Of a stretch of 64,000 nucleotides of DNA, positions 62,635 to 64,000 are shown piece after piece (the first letter of the stretch is position 1; each line of letters starts with the position of its first letter). The notes under the pieces are model-generated. The model saw nothing but the letters and a program-made list of their open reading frames with translations. It had not been told where the DNA came from and did no database searches. Location of the stretch: the NCBI GenBank assembly GCA_013239625.1, contig MU054391.1, forward strand, positions 9,147,095 through 9,211,094. The letters run 5' to 3'. This stretch comes from Lama guanicoe. Its lineage: Eukaryota. Position numbers and translations under genes: made by a program.

Positions 62635-63006
62635 GTCTTCTCTCTCAGAGAGCACTTGAAAAATATTATCTTCCTTCTGTTTCTTTCCTCTGATTATGAT
62701 TTTTATGTTTCCTTTTTCTTGCCTTCCTATGGGATCCTTGAAAAATTTTGAGGACTTCTTTTTATATGTATCAAGTTTCTGAGTACATCTTTTGCATAGT
62801 TTTCATAGCATTTGCTCTTGGCATTACAATATATGTATGTAACTCCTAACAGTCCACTGGTATCAACATTTTGCCACTTTGAGCGAAGTGTGGAAAACTC
62901 ACTGTAACTTAGGTCTCTTTATCTTACACACTTTTACATATCATTGTCTTGGGTATCAGATGGTGTTATTAATTTTTTGTTCTAACCATCAGATAAGATT
63001 TATAAA
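62635..63006 (-). mobile_element. Inverted L1 inter-ORF segment
   Basis: Reverse complement reads atatattgtaatgccaagagcaa...cccataggaaggcaagaaaaaggaaac, typical of the L1M ORF1-ORF2 spacer; T-rich on plus while the flanks are A-rich. Confidence 0.65.
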
Positions 63007-63009
63007 GCT

Positions 63010-64000
63010 TAAGTGCTAGCATATTGATAATTATCCTAAATGTCTAAAGATGTCAATCAAAGGCAGAGACTGGCAGAGTGAATAAAACAATACAACTCAA
63101 CTATATGTTGCTTAAAAAAAAACTCACTTCAAATTCAATGGCATAAGTAGACTGAAAGCTAAAGGACAGAAAAATTATGCCATGAAACGTTTTTTTTAAG
63201 AAAAGCGGGAGTGGCTACAGTAATATCTGATGAAGCAGACAGTAGAGCAAAGAAAATTACTAAAAGCAAAGAGCAGCATTGAATGATAAAATAATAGATA
63301 TACCAGAAAAACATAAAGCTCCTCACTGTGTACACACCAAATGACAGGTTCGAAATAAGTGAACGGCAAACTGATTTAGAGCTAAAAGGAGAAATAAACA
63401 AAACCGCAATTGTACTGGGACTTCAACCCCTCCCTCTCAGCAAATGTGAGAGCTACTGGCAGAAGATCAGCAAGATTTAGAAGATGTGAATGGCACAGTC
63501 AACTCACAAGACAGCTGACACATACACAGAGCACCCCACCCAGTAACAGCAGATTACACTTTTTTTTCCCAAGCACCTATGAAGCATTCACTGAGCCAGA
63601 TCATATCTTGGGGTATAAGACAAACCTCAACAAAGTTAGGAGAATTAAAATTATACAGAGTGTGTTCTCTGACCATACAGAAATCAATACCAGAAAAACA
63701 ACAGGAAAATCCCTGAACATGTGGGAATTAAACAATATACTTCTGAATAACTTATGAGTGAACGTCTCAGAAGAAATTTTAAAAATACATAACATTAAAT
63801 AAAAACAAAAATGCAACTTCTCTAAATATGTGGACACAGTGAAATCAGTGCTGAGAGGGAAATTTATAGCCCCGGGTGGTTATATGAGAAATGAAAAAAG
63901 ATCTCAAGTCAATAACCTAAGTTCCGCCTCAAGAAACTAGAGAAAGAAAAGAAAAATAAACTCATCAAGCTGGAGGGAAAAAACAAACAAATAAGAGTAG
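63010..64000 (+). pseudogene. Decayed L1 ORF2 endonuclease (APE) region, running off the window end
   Basis: Translated fragments DFNPSLS, DHILGYKTNLNK, IIQSVFSDH and WELNNILLNN match L1 ORF2p EN motifs; frameshifts and stops present. Confidence 0.92.

Overview
Mammalian, repeat-rich, apparently non-coding DNA (intergenic or a large intron). It is most likely camelid: three tRNA-Ala-derived Vic-1-type SINEs with target-site duplications (TSDs) and artiodactyl-type L1 3' ends are present, and I saw no Alu, BovB/Bov-A or PRE-1 elements. I cannot recognise any intact host protein-coding gene. The only ORF with a recognisable product is a decayed L1 ORF2 endonuclease fragment at 63.0-64.0 kb. Annotatable content is mainly transposon fossils: MIR, L2, L1, MaLR/ERVL LTRs, ERV1 solo LTRs (one MER41-like, apparently nested in another LTR), hAT MITEs and a probable MER121. 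The most notable observations are: (i) a candidate minus-strand promoter/first exon near 39 kb and a possible 8-nt microexon at 33743-33750; (ii) a poly(A)-less L1 3' fragment flanked by an exact 84-bp duplication; (iii) a probable MER121; (iv) several repeat-free, motif-dense putative enhancers; (v) local rearrangements. Repeat family names come from recalled consensus features, not from a database search. Boundaries are approximate unless a TSD is given. I found no convincing evidence of a wholly new biological system.
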